Assembly: GCA_020848745.1 (NCBI GenBank)
Contig: JADLHM010000098.1
Location: forward strand, 207,185 to 271,184
DNA length: 64,000 bases
DNA from: Deltaproteobacteria bacterium
Lineage (GTDB): Bacteria; Desulfobacterota; Binatia; UTPRO1
Direction: 5' to 3'
Part shown: piece by piece, positions 54,947 through 64,000 of the stretch
Layout: each line of letters starts with the position of its first letter
How positions within the stretch are numbered: the first letter of the stretch is position 1
Position numbers and translations under genes: made by a program
Notes under the pieces: generated by a model
What the model was told of the DNA's origin: nothing
Databases searched by the model: none
What the model saw: only the letters and a program-made list of their open reading frames with translations

Positions 54947-57682
54947 TCAGGGCGTCAGGGCGCCGAGCTCTTGGCCGCGGGGAGTCTGGCCGATCAGCAG
55001 TTGATCGACGCGGCAAGCGTGATGCGCGGCGACGCAGCTCGCGACGCCGGCGATCGAGTCGGCGGGCGTATCGAGCGCGGCGCACTCCGCGCTCCGCGCG
55101 TCGAAGCCGACGCCGTTCGCAGCCGCGAGATCCGCCAGGGCAGGACAGCTCTTCGTGAGCGCGGCGTGCAGCTTCGCCGCGGCCCCGGTGATCTTGACGG
55201 CGAGCTTCGCGCACTTCGCCTCCGCCTTCGCGCGACAGGCGGCATCGTTCCCCTTCGGCTGCACGCACTGGAAGACGCCGTCGGCGCACTTCTGCCCGGC
55301 CTTGAGGCGGGTCGCGCCGTAGGCGGCGGCGGCCTTGGCGAGCGCCTTCTGGCACTTGAGGACGGGTTTTGCGTCGCCGGCCGCGCCGCCGGGGCCGACC
55401 GCCGGGAGGCACGGCGTTTCGAGCGACGCGTCGCGGCCGGTCGCGACGAGGAGCGCGCGCGCGCGCGGGATCTCCGTGCCGACGAGCGCTTCGGCGCGGC
55501 ACGCGTGGTGCGCGACGAGACAGGTCGCGACGCCGTCCGCGTCCGCGAGCGACGCGCCGAAGGCGGCGCAGCGGGCGTCCTCGCTCGCGAATCCGAGCCC
55601 GGCCGCCGCACCGAGGTCGGCGGCCGCGAGCGGCGGATCGCCGCAGCTCTTCGCGACGGCGGCCCGGACCTTGGTGATCGCCGCCTGGCGCGCGCGCTCG
55701 GCCTTGGCGCAGGCGGCGCCCGCTTTCGCGAGACACGCCGGATCGCCGCCGGCCTGCACGCACGCGAATGCCTTCTGGAGGCACGCCGACAGGGCCTTCA
55801 CGCGCTTGGTCGCGAAATCCGTTCCGAGCTTGCCGAGCTTCTTCTGGCACTTGAAAGCCGTCTTCGCGGCGTCGCCGGCGAGCCCGGCGCCCGCGCCGTC
55901 CGCGTACGACGGACAGTCGGGGTCGGTGCGGTCGACGGCGCCGTCGAAGTCGTTGTCGAGGCAGTCGTCGCAGCGATCGGGCGCTTCGGGCGCCGGGGTG
56001 CGGGTCGCGAGTGGCGTCGGCGTACCGGCGGCCGTCGTGGTGGCGCTCGGCGTCGCGCCGCCGCCGGACGTGGCCGTCGGCGTCGGTCCGGGTGCCGGAT
56101 CATCGGTCGCGAAGAGCTCGAGGAGGTCGGCGCTCTCCTGGTCGGCGAGGTAGACGATCGTCTGACCGTCGGGCGTGAAGACCGCGCCGCGGGCGACGTC
56201 GCCGTTCGGGGCGAGATTCGGATGGACCTTCTGGGGACCGCCGCTCGCGAGGCCCGTACTGAAGAGCTCGTTCACGCCGTCGGTGTCCTGGTCGGCGAGG
56301 TAGATGACGGTGACGCCGTCGGGACTGACGGTGAACCCCGCGGGATCGACGTCGCCGCTCGCGGGCATCGGGTTCTTGCTGAGCCTCACGGCCGTGCCGC
56401 CGTTCTCGGGGATGCTGTAGAGCTCGATGACTCCCGCCGCGTCGAGCTCGGCGGCGAAGACGACGCGGGCGCTCGCGGCATCGAACGCGAAGTGGTCCCA
56501 GGCGCCGAGGCCCGCGAGCACGGGTGGCGTGAGCTCCGTGTCGTCGCCCCCCGCGAGGCTCACGGTGAAGAGCCGATACTTGCCGCCGCCGAACGCGCGA
56601 TAGGCGAAGGACTGTCCGTTCGGGCTCATCGCGTAGTCCGAGACGACGACGTTCTGGCCGACGCCGCTCACCGGCTGCTCGCTCGTGCTGCCGTCCACGG
56701 GCACGCGGTAGAGGCGGAAGGCGGGGTAGGTGCCGGCGGTGAAGACGGCGTAGGTTCCATCGGGCGTCAGGCGGAAGTCGGGGAAGTAGATCGCGAGCGG
56801 GCCGGCGAGCTTGGTCGGCGCGGCCTGGGCGATGGGCGTCGCCCAGAGCTCGTATTGCTGCGGATTCATCGCGTTCGGACGCGAGAAGAAGAGGACCGTC
56901 GTGCCGTCCGGCGTGATCGCAGGAGCTTGGGGGCTGTTCTCGCCGGGCAGGACGATCGCGGGCTGGTTCGTGAGCTCGAGCGGCGCCTGTGAGCCGTCGA
57001 TCGGCACGCTGTAGATCTGCCGCCCGCCGCCCATGCCGTCGTCGAACGTGAAGACGACGCGCGCCGCGTCCGGCGAGATGCGATAGCGCGGCAGGAAGGA
57101 GCCCGTCCCCGTCCCGAGCTCGACCGGCGTGCCGCCGGTCGTCGGCACGCTGTAGATCTCGTCCGTCGGCGCCACCTCGAAGACCACCCGCGACGCGTCG
57201 CTCGCCACCCGGAACGTGTCGACGTCGTTCGGCGCCGGCGCGGTGTTGAGCTTGAGCGGCGCGGCGGAGCCGTCGATCGGGACCCGGAAGAGGTCCATGC
57301 GGAATTGCTGGGCGTCCTTGTCGGAGAGGAAGACGACGCCGGCGCCGTCGGGGGTGATGCTCCACGAATCGACCGAGCGCTGCGCTCCCGAGACCGGGAT
57401 GTCGACGAGGGTGGTCGCGCCGCCGCCCGCGACCGGGACCGCAACGAGCCGCAGCACGTAGCCCGATCCCGAGTCGGCGAGGGCGTAGACGGCGGTCTGT
57501 CCGTTCGGCGTGAGCGCGAACGCGTCGATCGCGTAGTCCATCGGCAGGGCGGCGTTGAGCTTGACCGCGGCGGCGTCACCGCCGCCCGCGACGACGAGGG
57601 CGAGCGCGAGGACCAGGCCGGACGCGACGGAGCGCGCGCGGCGGGCAGGGGAATGCGGCGTGGAGCAGGTCGTGGGGAGCAT
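54947..57682 (-). CDS. Large secreted protein: TolB/PD40-like beta-propeller repeats, Pro-Thr linker, tandem Cys-rich C-terminal domains
   Basis: Signal-like N-terminus; many repeated (I/V)(T/S)PDG...VVF blades; linker PAPGPTPTATSGGGATPSATTTAAGTPTP; two Cys-rich domains ending CLVAHHAC / CVAAHHAC. Confidence 0.7.
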   Translation of the reverse strand: MLPTTCSTPHSPARRARSVASGLVLALALVVAGGGDAAAVKLNAALPMDYAIDAFALTPNGQTAVYALADSGSGYVLRLVAVPVAGGGATTLVDIPVSGAQRSVDSWSITPDGAGVVFLSDKDAQQFRMDLFRVPIDGSAAPLKLNTAPAPNDVDTFRVASDASRVVFEVAPTDEIYSVPTTGGTPVELGTGTGSFLPRYRISPDAARVVFTFDDGMGGGRQIYSVPIDGSQAPLELTNQPAIVLPGENSPQAPAITPDGTTVLFFSRPNAMNPQQYELWATPIAQAAPTKLAGPLAIYFPDFRLTPDGTYAVFTAGTYPAFRLYRVPVDGSTSEQPVSGVGQNVVVSDYAMSPNGQSFAYRAFGGGKYRLFTVSLAGGDDTELTPPVLAGLGAWDHFAFDAASARVVFAAELDAAGVIELYSIPENGGTAVRLSKNPMPASGDVDPAGFTVSPDGVTVIYLADQDTDGVNELFSTGLASGGPQKVHPNLAPNGDVARGAVFTPDGQTIVYLADQESADLLELFATDDPAPGPTPTATSGGGATPSATTTAAGTPTPLATRTPAPEAPDRCDDCLDNDFDGAVDRTDPDCPSYADGAGAGLAGDAAKTAFKCQKKLGKLGTDFATKRVKALSACLQKAFACVQAGGDPACLAKAGAACAKAERARQAAITKVRAAVAKSCGDPPLAAADLGAAAGLGFASEDARCAAFGASLADADGVATCLVAHHACRAEALVGTEIPRARALLVATGRDASLETPCLPAVGPGGAAGDAKPVLKCQKALAKAAAAYGATRLKAGQKCADGVFQCVQPKGNDAACRAKAEAKCAKLAVKITGAAAKLHAALTKSCPALADLAAANGVGFDARSAECAALDTPADSIAGVASCVAAHHACRVDQLLIGQTPRGQELGALTP

Positions 57683-57786
57683 GGCGCCCTATCGTCGCTT
57701 CCGGGCGCGCGACGCGTCAAGGGCCTTGGTCATCCGTTGTTCCGAGCGACGCCGGCGGCGCGGCGCACTCGGCGCCGTGGCGGGCG

Positions 57787-59319
57787 CTATGGCGCCGCGA
57801 GCATGAAATCGCCGCCGGCCGCCACCCGGACGGCGCGCCCGACGGCTTCCTCGCGCATGAGCGCGTCGAGGAGAGCCGGGGCGGAGCTCCGCACCACCGT
57901 GCGCGCGCCGTCCGGCAGGTCGCAGATCGCGATCGCGTGCGACGGCGCGCCGCCCGCGAAGACGACCGTATAGCCGGCGACCGTCGCCGTGCCGACGTAG
58001 TCGTCACGGAGCGGCACCGGCGGGTCGGCGGCGGCGACCTCCTCGGTCACGTCCGCGGAGCGCCAGCCGTGCGGTCCCGGAGCGCTCGCCAGCACCATGC
58101 ACGCCTGCTTGCTGAAGATGCCGCTCAGGTTCGAGACGATGCCGACGCGCGCTCGGCCGGCGTCGCGCGACCCGCCGGACGCCCCGTTGCCGCGCAGCAC
58201 CTCCACCATGCGGCCGACGCCTTCGAGGGTCGCGTTGTTGAAGGGACCGCCGGCGAACGCCATCGATCCCGTGACCGTCCACGGGCAACCCTCGGGGATC
58301 GGCAGATCGAGCGCGAACGACTGGATCGCCGCCGGAAAGCAGCTGTAGAGCTCGGCGTCGGTGACGTCGGCGCGGCGGACGCCGGCGAGCGCGAGGGCAC
58401 GCTCGCCGGTCACGACGCTGCCGTGATGACTCTCGAGCCGGCGCATCTGCGCGAGCGGCACGACGTGCTTCGAGAGCGCGGCGCCGCGCGGGAAGACCCA
58501 GCGGCGCGGATCGAGACCGAGCATGCGGGCGCGCCCGACGGAGCACACGATGATCGCGACCGCCTGGTTGACGTTCCACTGGCTCGCGTGCGCCTTGGTG
58601 TAAGGGAACGCCAGCATCGGATTGCGCGGCGAGGGGTCGCGGATCGCGGCCGCCGGGAGCGCGTCGCGTTTCCACGCGTGCGGGTTCTCGGCCGCGATCG
58701 CGCTGAACCCGCTGTAGAGGGCGGCGAGCTCGTCGCGATGGCGCTCGACGTCGAGCCCGCGCGCGTGGCGGAGCGCCGACTCGATGATGGCGAAGAACTC
58801 GACCGGCGAGGTGAGGCCGCGGCGCGACTCGAGGTCGGAGCACCACATGTCCTGCGACGTCTGGTGCACGTCGGGCGGCGGCAGGTCGTCGGTCGCCGTT
58901 TCGCTCACCGGCTCCCCGGTGATGGTGCTGCGCAGGCGCCGATATTTGGCCTCGCCAGCGGCGACGACGCCGACCTCGCGCTCGCCGGCGGCGATCGCGT
59001 CGCAGAGGTCGGTCACGAGCTGGAGCTGGAGCACGCCGAGGCCGGCGAGGATCGTGGTCGCCTTCGGGCAGCCGAGCCCGTCGGCGACGAGCTTCGCGGG
59101 GTTGCGGTACTCCCACATGCCCTGCGGCACCGCGATCGACTCGAGCGCTCCGACGAGCGCCTCCGCGCCGGCGTCGGCGGCGGCCCGCCGCACCGCTTCC
59201 ACCATCAGCACGTAGGGCTCGGCGCTTGCCTTCGGGTCCTCGAGCTTCTCCTGGCGGAACCCGACCCCGACGATCACCGGCGTCCGCGGGTCGAGCCCGT
59301 CGATCGCGGCCACCGTCAC
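57787..59319 (-). CDS. Thiolase-like protein (SCP-x-type acetyl-CoA acetyltransferase family)
   Basis: Thiolase-fold length and composition, GxxAxGGxxN-type C-terminal motif (FAGGPFNNATLEG); start overlaps crotonase stop. Confidence 0.7.
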   Translation of the reverse strand: MTVAAIDGLDPRTPVIVGVGFRQEKLEDPKASAEPYVLMVEAVRRAAADAGAEALVGALESIAVPQGMWEYRNPAKLVADGLGCPKATTILAGLGVLQLQLVTDLCDAIAAGEREVGVVAAGEAKYRRLRSTITGEPVSETATDDLPPPDVHQTSQDMWCSDLESRRGLTSPVEFFAIIESALRHARGLDVERHRDELAALYSGFSAIAAENPHAWKRDALPAAAIRDPSPRNPMLAFPYTKAHASQWNVNQAVAIIVCSVGRARMLGLDPRRWVFPRGAALSKHVVPLAQMRRLESHHGSVVTGERALALAGVRRADVTDAELYSCFPAAIQSFALDLPIPEGCPWTVTGSMAFAGGPFNNATLEGVGRMVEVLRGNGASGGSRDAGRARVGIVSNLSGIFSKQACMVLASAPGPHGWRSADVTEEVAAADPPVPLRDDYVGTATVAGYTVVFAGGAPSHAIAICDLPDGARTVVRSSAPALLDALMREEAVGRAVRVAAGGDFMLAAP

Positions 59320-60113
59320 TCTCCCGTGTAGGTCGGCGTCCGCTTCTCGGCGAAGGCGCGCATGCCTTCCTTCGCGTCGCGCGTGCCGAAGATCGGGCTG
59401 CCGTGCTCGAGCTCCTTCGCGAGCGCGTCGACTTCCGACCAGCTCTCGTCGATCTCACGCAGCATGCGCATGAGGGCGCGGATCGAGAGCGGCGCGTTCG
59501 CCGCCACCTGCTCGGCGACCCGCATCGCCTCGGCGAGCGCCTGGCCCTTCGGCACCAGCCGGCCGACGAGCCCGAACGCGAGCGCCTCGCGGGCGGTCAC
59601 GTGGCGCCCGGTGAGGAGGATCTCGGCCGCGAGCGTGTACGGGATCTGCCGGCGCAGGCGCACGCTCGAGCCGCCGAGCGGGAAGAGCCCGCGGCGCGCC
59701 TCGGTGACGCCGAAGGTCGCGTCCTCCGCCGCCACCCGGATGTCGGTGCCCTGCAGGATCTCGGTGCCGCCCGCGACCGCGAAGCCCTCGACGGCGGCGA
59801 CGATCGGCTTCGTCGGGCGGTTGTGGCGGAGCAGCGCCTGCCAGTGGATGTCGGGCACCTCCGACATGAGCTGCATGAAGTCGTCGTCGACCTCGCCCGC
59901 GCCCATCGCCTTGAGGTCCGCGCCGGCGCAGAAGACGTCGCCCTTGCCGGTCAGCACCGCGACGCGCAGCTCGGGATCGTCGTCGAGGCGGCGCCATGCC
60001 CGGTACATGCCGGCGAGCATGCCGGGGCTGAGGGCGTTCTTCGCTTCGGGGCGGTTCAAGGTGATCACGAGCACGTGGGCGTGACGTTCGACGAGGCAAT
60101 GGTCGGTGTTCAT
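59316..60113 (-). CDS. Enoyl-CoA hydratase/isomerase (crotonase family)
   Basis: LNRPEAKNAL, FCAGADLK, AAVEGFAVAGG, TFGVTEARRGL motifs; internal ATG 60111-60113. Confidence 0.8.
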   Translation of the reverse strand: MNTDHCLVERHAHVLVITLNRPEAKNALSPGMLAGMYRAWRRLDDDPELRVAVLTGKGDVFCAGADLKAMGAGEVDDDFMQLMSEVPDIHWQALLRHNRPTKPIVAAVEGFAVAGGTEILQGTDIRVAAEDATFGVTEARRGLFPLGGSSVRLRRQIPYTLAAEILLTGRHVTAREALAFGLVGRLVPKGQALAEAMRVAEQVAANAPLSIRALMRMLREIDESWSEVDALAKELEHGSPIFGTRDAKEGMRAFAEKRTPTYTGE

Positions 60114-60223
60114 GGGGTCATCCTTCGGGAGCGGTTCGATCGCTCGGGCGCCGGCCCGGCGTGTTCGATGGCGAGCCCGTCTACCACGAACAGGGGGTAT
60201 GCCGCCCAATCGATCGCCGCCAC

Positions 60224-60610
60224 CTACCAGATCCTACGCACGCCGTAGCGCGTGAACACGGGATCGCGCGTGACGATCGCGATGTCCTCCTCGAGGGCCT
60301 GGGCAGCGAGCAGGCGATCGAACGGATCGCGGTGGTGGAAGGGAAGCCTGGCGACACGGGCGACGTGAGCGAGCTCGATCGCGAGCGCGTGGAACCCGCC
60401 CCCCACGAGATGTCGCTCGACAAAAACATCGACGGAATCCGGGAGATCGAGCTTCTCGAGACTGAGCTTGATCGCCATCTCCCAGAGACTTCCGAGACTG
60501 AAGAGACAATCGTTGCCCGGATCCGCGACGGCCGTCTTGGCGCGCCGCGAAAGTGCTGGATCGTCCTCGGCCCACCACAGGAGGACGTGGGTATCGAGGA
60601 GAAGTCTCAC
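60224..60610 (-). CDS. PIN-domain (VapC-like) toxin
   Basis: LLDTHVLLWW...D, TRD PIN acidic residues; overlaps upstream antitoxin stop (ATGA). Confidence 0.75.
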   Translation of the reverse strand: MRLLLDTHVLLWWAEDDPALSRRAKTAVADPGNDCLFSLGSLWEMAIKLSLEKLDLPDSVDVFVERHLVGGGFHALAIELAHVARVARLPFHHRDPFDRLLAAQALEEDIAIVTRDPVFTRYGVRRIW

Positions 60611-60855
60611 TTCACATAGTCCTTGAAGTCCTCGGGCGTTGCGTCGAAGTCCGGCGCCATGCGGATCGTGCCCCGCGCCGATCCGGGCTTTCGCGGCGTG
60701 CGCTGCTCGAGGGGAACGAGCCGCAAGATGGGACGGTTGTCCTTGGCGATGACGACCTCCCCGCCTGCGAGGGCCCGCCGGACGAGCTCGGAAAACCGAG
60801 CCTTCGCCTCGGCGACGTTGACCTGGGTCGGGAGCTTCCGAGCCATCTTGGTCAT
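60607..60855 (-). CDS. Phd/YefM-type antitoxin
   Basis: VNVAEAKARFSELVRRALAGGEVVIAKDNRPILRLVP pattern; 82 aa. Confidence 0.6.
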   Translation of the reverse strand: MTKMARKLPTQVNVAEAKARFSELVRRALAGGEVVIAKDNRPILRLVPLEQRTPRKPGSARGTIRMAPDFDATPEDFKDYVK

Positions 60856-60969
60856 CTTATCTGGTCAATCGGAGAGGGACAAGGCAGGCCGGGCGCTCAC
60901 GTGCCTTTGCGTCGGCGACGCGGGAGCGACGCTTGCAAGCGGTCGCGTTCCGTCGCACACCGCTCGACC

Positions 60970-61926
60970 ATGGCCGATCCTTTGATCCCGAGCTCCCGCG
61001 TCGAGTGCGGCGCCGTGCTCACTTCCCAACATCGCGACGGGGTGCTCCGCCTCGCGCGCGCCTTCGAGGCCGGAGGCTTCGACTCGGTCTGGGCGGGCGA
61101 CCACGTCTCCTTCTACGTGCCGATCCTCGAGTCGTTGACGCTGCTGTCGTTCGTCGCCGGCGCGACCGAGCGCGTGAAGATCGGCAGCAGCGTGTATCTC
61201 CTGCCGCTCCGTCACCCGACGACGACCGCGAAGGCCGTCTCGACCCTCGACGTGCTCTCGGGCGGGCGCCTGCTTTTCGGGGTCGGCGTCGGCGGCGAGT
61301 TCCCGCCCGAGTTCGAGGCGAGCGGTGTTCCGGTGAGGGAACGCGGCAGCCGCACCGACGAGGCGATCGGCCTCCTGCGCCGCCTCTGGTCCGAGGACGG
61401 CGTCGCGCATCACGGGCGGCATTTCGAGTTCGGCCCCATCTCGATGGATCCGAAGCCCGTCCGACCGGGCGGCCCGCCGATCGTCGTCGGCGGCCGCAAG
61501 GCGCCGGCGCTCCGCCGAGCCGGCCGGCTCGGCGACGGCTACATCTCCCACATGTGCTCCGCCGAGCAGTACGCCGGGAACATGACCGCGATCCGCCGCC
61601 ACGCGGAGGAGGCGGGCCGCCGTGACGTTCCGTTCGAGACCGCCGCGTTCCTCTTCACGATCCTCGACGACGACTACGAGCGCGCGCTCGACGGCGCCGC
61701 CAATCTCCTCCAGATGATCTACAACCGGCCCTTCCGCGACGCTGCGAAGAAGTACTGCCTCCTCGGCCGCCCCGAGGACTGCCTCGAGCAGCTACAGCGC
61801 TTCGCCGACGCCGGCTGCCGCCACTTCGTGCTCTCGCCGCTCATGGACCCCGACGAGTTCGCAGCGCGCGCGGGCGGGAAGCTGGTTGCGGCGATCAAGG
61901 GGATCGTACCGAAGCAAGCGTCGTGA
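60970..61926 (+). CDS. LLM-class (luciferase-like) F420-dependent oxidoreductase
   Basis: GFDSVWAGDHV, LLFGVGVGGE motifs; internal ATG 60970. Confidence 0.8.
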   Translation: MADPLIPSSRVECGAVLTSQHRDGVLRLARAFEAGGFDSVWAGDHVSFYVPILESLTLLSFVAGATERVKIGSSVYLLPLRHPTTTAKAVSTLDVLSGGRLLFGVGVGGEFPPEFEASGVPVRERGSRTDEAIGLLRRLWSEDGVAHHGRHFEFGPISMDPKPVRPGGPPIVVGGRKAPALRRAGRLGDGYISHMCSAEQYAGNMTAIRRHAEEAGRRDVPFETAAFLFTILDDDYERALDGAANLLQMIYNRPFRDAAKKYCLLGRPEDCLEQLQRFADAGCRHFVLSPLMDPDEFAARAGGKLVAAIKGIVPKQAS

Positions 61927-61946
61927 CCGTGCGGGAGGGGTGACGC

Positions 61947-62351
61947 TCACGGTGCGACCGCGCGTGCGCCCGCGAGCGGCGCACGCGCCAGCACCTCTTC
62001 GTCGCTCGTCACGAGGGGAAGGTTCTCCCGCGCGGCGACCCACACGTACACCGCGTCTGCCGCCCTCAGCCTGGTCGTCGCGGCGACGGTCGCGGTGGTG
62101 CGAGCCGCACGCGGGCCGAGCGTGACCAACCGACGCGACGGCAGGTGCTCCGCGAAGAACGCGAGGATCCGTTCGGGTGGGATGCCCCGACGGACGAGCG
62201 CCGACGTCACCTCCACGTCGAAGAGGACCGGCACGACGATGTCGTCCCGGCCCTCGAACAGCCGAGCGCACCGGCGGAGCGCGGCGGCGTGCCCGGGCTC
62301 GGTGGCTCGCAACGCCGCCACCGCGACCGATGCGTCGAGCACGAACGTCAA
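61947..62351 (-). CDS. PIN-domain (VapC-like) toxin, proposed TTG start
   Basis: FVLDASVAVAAL..., LVTSDEEV PIN pattern; TTG 62349-62351 overlaps antitoxin stop (TTGA) with AGGA RBS. Confidence 0.6.
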   Translation of the reverse strand: MTFVLDASVAVAALRATEPGHAAALRRCARLFEGRDDIVVPVLFDVEVTSALVRRGIPPERILAFFAEHLPSRRLVTLGPRAARTTATVAATTRLRAADAVYVWVAARENLPLVTSDEEVLARAPLAGARAVAP

Positions 62352-62617
62352 CGCCGTCCTCGCCGGAGATCTTCGACGGCGGATACCCCGGGCTCGAACG
62401 CGCTGAATTCGTCGACGAACGTTCGGATGCTCCGGCGGACGGTCGCGGGGCGACCCCGACGACGTTTCGGGGCGGGAGGAAACGCCACGTCGACGGGCAC
62501 GATGGCCGCGGCCGGCTTGCCGTGACGCAAGATCAAGATGCGCCTTCCGCGGTGCTCGGCATCGTCGACGATCGCCGAGAGACGGGCCTTGGCGTCCGCC
62601 AGCGAGGTTTTCCGCAT
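62348..62617 (-). CDS. Phd/YefM-like antitoxin
   Basis: MRKTSLADAKARLSAIVDDAEHRGRRILILRHGKPAAAIVP pattern; AT-rich promoter/operator upstream (62620-62640). Confidence 0.55.
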   Translation of the reverse strand: MRKTSLADAKARLSAIVDDAEHRGRRILILRHGKPAAAIVPVDVAFPPAPKRRRGRPATVRRSIRTFVDEFSAFEPGVSAVEDLRRGRR

Positions 62618-62843
62618 GTGACCAATATGACCATACTGCTGCCGGACGAGCAACGCGCTCCTGGACCTTCGTCGAGCATGTGACGAGCCGTTCCATGCGC
62701 GGCGGCGACGCAAAGTTGACGCTCGGCGCCGGGGGCGGCGCTCCCGGTTCGCGATGCCATCGATTCGTCAGCGACTTACCGGTCGCGGGGATCGAGTCCC
62801 GTGGCATCCGCTTTGCTCCGTGCGATCAGCGGAGGGCACTCCC

Positions 62844-63875
62844 ATGGGACTCGCGGGCTTCATCCGCAAGCAGTTCATCGACGTCATCGACTGGACGGAG
62901 GAGGGCGACGACGTCCTCGCCTGGCGCTTCCCGACCGCCGACCTCGAGATCCAGCAAGGCGCCGCGCTGATCGTCCGCGACACCCAGGTGGCGGTCTTCG
63001 TCGACGAGGGCCGCATCGCCGACCGCTTCGAGGCGGGGCGGTACGTGCTCCGCACCAGGAACCTGCCCGTCCTCACGAACCTCCGGCACTGGGCGAAGAT
63101 GTTCGAGTCACCGTTCAAGAGCGAGGTCTACTTCTTCTCGACGCGCCGGCGCGTCGGGCAGTCGTTCGGGACGCCGCAGCCGCTGACGGTGCGCGACCGC
63201 GAGCTCGGCGCGGTGCAGGTGCGGGCCTTCGGCGTCTACAGCTTCCGCATCGTCGACGCCGGGCTCTTCCACCAGCAGATCTCCGGGACGCGGGACGTCT
63301 ATCGGGTCGCCGACCTCGAGGGGCAGCTGCGCGCGATGCTGGTGAGCGCGCTCGCGGCCGAGCTCGGCACCGGCGCGGTGCCGTTTCTCGACCTCGCGGC
63401 GAACCAGCCCGCGCTCGCGGCCGCGGTCGCGGCGCGCACGAGCGCCGACTGCGCTCCGCTCGGCCTCGCGATCGCCGACGTGCGGCTCGAGAGCCTGACG
63501 CTCCCCGACGAGCTGCAGAAGCGGCTCGAGGAGCGCATCGGCATGACGATGGTCGGCGGCGACCTCGGCCGCTACACGCAGTTCCAGACGGCGCGCTCGA
63601 TCCCGCTCGCGGCGGCGAGCGAGGGCGGCGCCGCCGGTGCCGGGGTCGGCGTCGGGGCGGGCGTCGCGATGGGGCAGGCGATGGCGCAGACGATCGGCGC
63701 GGCGGGCGCCGCGGGCGGCGCGGCGCCACCGTCGGGCGCGGGCGGGCCGAGCGCACCGCGCGCTCCGCAGCCCGGTCCCGCCCCCGCGGCGGCGGCGACG
63801 ACGTGTCCCTACTGCTACACGCCGCTCACGCAGCCGGGCCGCTTCTGCTCGGCGTGCGGCGGCGAGCTGAGCTGA
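62844..63875 (+). CDS. SPFH/band-7 domain protein with C-terminal zinc ribbon (COG4260-like)
   Basis: MGLAGFIRKQFIDVIDWTEE N-terminus, C-terminal CPYCYTPLTQPGRFCSACGGEL; ATG with GGAGGG RBS. Confidence 0.7.
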   Translation: MGLAGFIRKQFIDVIDWTEEGDDVLAWRFPTADLEIQQGAALIVRDTQVAVFVDEGRIADRFEAGRYVLRTRNLPVLTNLRHWAKMFESPFKSEVYFFSTRRRVGQSFGTPQPLTVRDRELGAVQVRAFGVYSFRIVDAGLFHQQISGTRDVYRVADLEGQLRAMLVSALAAELGTGAVPFLDLAANQPALAAAVAARTSADCAPLGLAIADVRLESLTLPDELQKRLEERIGMTMVGGDLGRYTQFQTARSIPLAAASEGGAAGAGVGVGAGVAMGQAMAQTIGAAGAAGGAAPPSGAGGPSAPRAPQPGPAPAAAATTCPYCYTPLTQPGRFCSACGGELS

Positions 63876-63879
63876 CGCG

Positions 63880-64000
63880 TTGGGCGACGTTCGTTCGCTC
63901 ACCTGTCCCGGCTGCAGCCGGCCGACGACGCCGCAGGCGCTCCAGGGGAAGTACGGGCAGCCGCTCGGGCTCGACCTCTGCTTTCCGTGCAGCATCGTCT
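63880..64000 (+). CDS. Possible zinc-ribbon protein, 5' fragment (runs off window end)
   Basis: Frame open to window end; LTCPGCSRP...LDLCFPCS CxxC pairs; start (TTG?) uncertain. Confidence 0.3.
   Translation, partial: MGDVRSLTCPGCSRPTTPQALQGKYGQPLGLDLCFPCSIV

Overview
This 64-kb window has very high GC by eye, with strong third-position G/C bias. As a result the six-frame track is dominated by long spurious Arg/Ala/Gly-rich ORFs, and real genes had to be picked out by protein-family motifs, signal peptides, ribosome-binding sites and start/stop overlaps. The content looks like a Myxococcota-type chromosome: Myxococcus-type cysteine-rich repeats, thrombospondin type-3 repeats, Pro-Thr linkers and many secreted Cys-rich proteins. 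I found no rRNA, tRNA or CRISPR array by eye.

Main gene content, in order:
- A partial secreted thrombospondin type-3 repeat protein runs off the left edge of the window. It is missing from the ORF track because it has no in-window stop.
- An Old Yellow Enzyme-type flavin oxidoreductase and a nucleotidyltransferase-fold protein.
- A bacterial alpha-2-macroglobulin with an intact CLEQ thioester motif, followed by penicillin-binding protein 1C (a YfhM-PbpC pair).
- Two paralogous GWTGIAH Cys-rich secreted proteins; the second is translationally coupled to an acyl-CoA dehydrogenase.
- Two convergent single-domain response regulators, an amidase and a short-chain dehydrogenase.
- A secreted metzincin metallopeptidase with a Myxococcus Cys-rich repeat, a DHH/DHHA1 phosphoesterase and Nudix hydrolase pair overlapping by ATGA, and an MFS transporter.
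- A TPR/PMT-like membrane protein, a DUF2442 protein with a decayed DUF4160 remnant upstream, and two esterase/hydrolase genes.
- A pair of ~130-bp MITE-like hairpin elements in inverted orientation, directly upstream of a SWIM zinc-finger SNF2-family helicase.
- A Cys-domain plus alpha/beta-hydrolase secreted protein, a DUF1329-like protein, a VOC protein, and an amino-acid ABC transporter (fused binding-protein/permease plus ATPase).
- A glutathione/formaldehyde-type cluster: FrmA-like dehydrogenase, a DsbA-like HCCA-isomerase/kappa-GST-like protein, and a fused EtfB-EtfA electron transfer flavoprotein.
- A Uma2-family endonuclease, a Pro-Thr tandem-repeat secreted protein, an M20 peptidase and a small hypothetical protein.
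- A DAHP synthase preceded by a candidate aromatic-rich leader peptide and an intrinsic terminator. I read this as a ribosome-mediated attenuator.
- A DMT transporter, an EVE-domain protein, an RHH-MazF toxin-antitoxin pair, a GFA protein, a large beta-propeller secreted protein with a tandem Cys-rich C-terminal domain, and a thiolase-like plus crotonase pair.
- Two Phd/YefM-VapC toxin-antitoxin pairs, an LLM-class F420-type oxidoreductase, and an SPFH-domain zinc-ribbon protein followed by a partial zinc-ribbon ORF at the right edge.

The most novel-looking items are the aroG leader-peptide attenuator, the recurrent uncharacterised Cys-rich secreted domain families, and the MITE-like hairpin pair.
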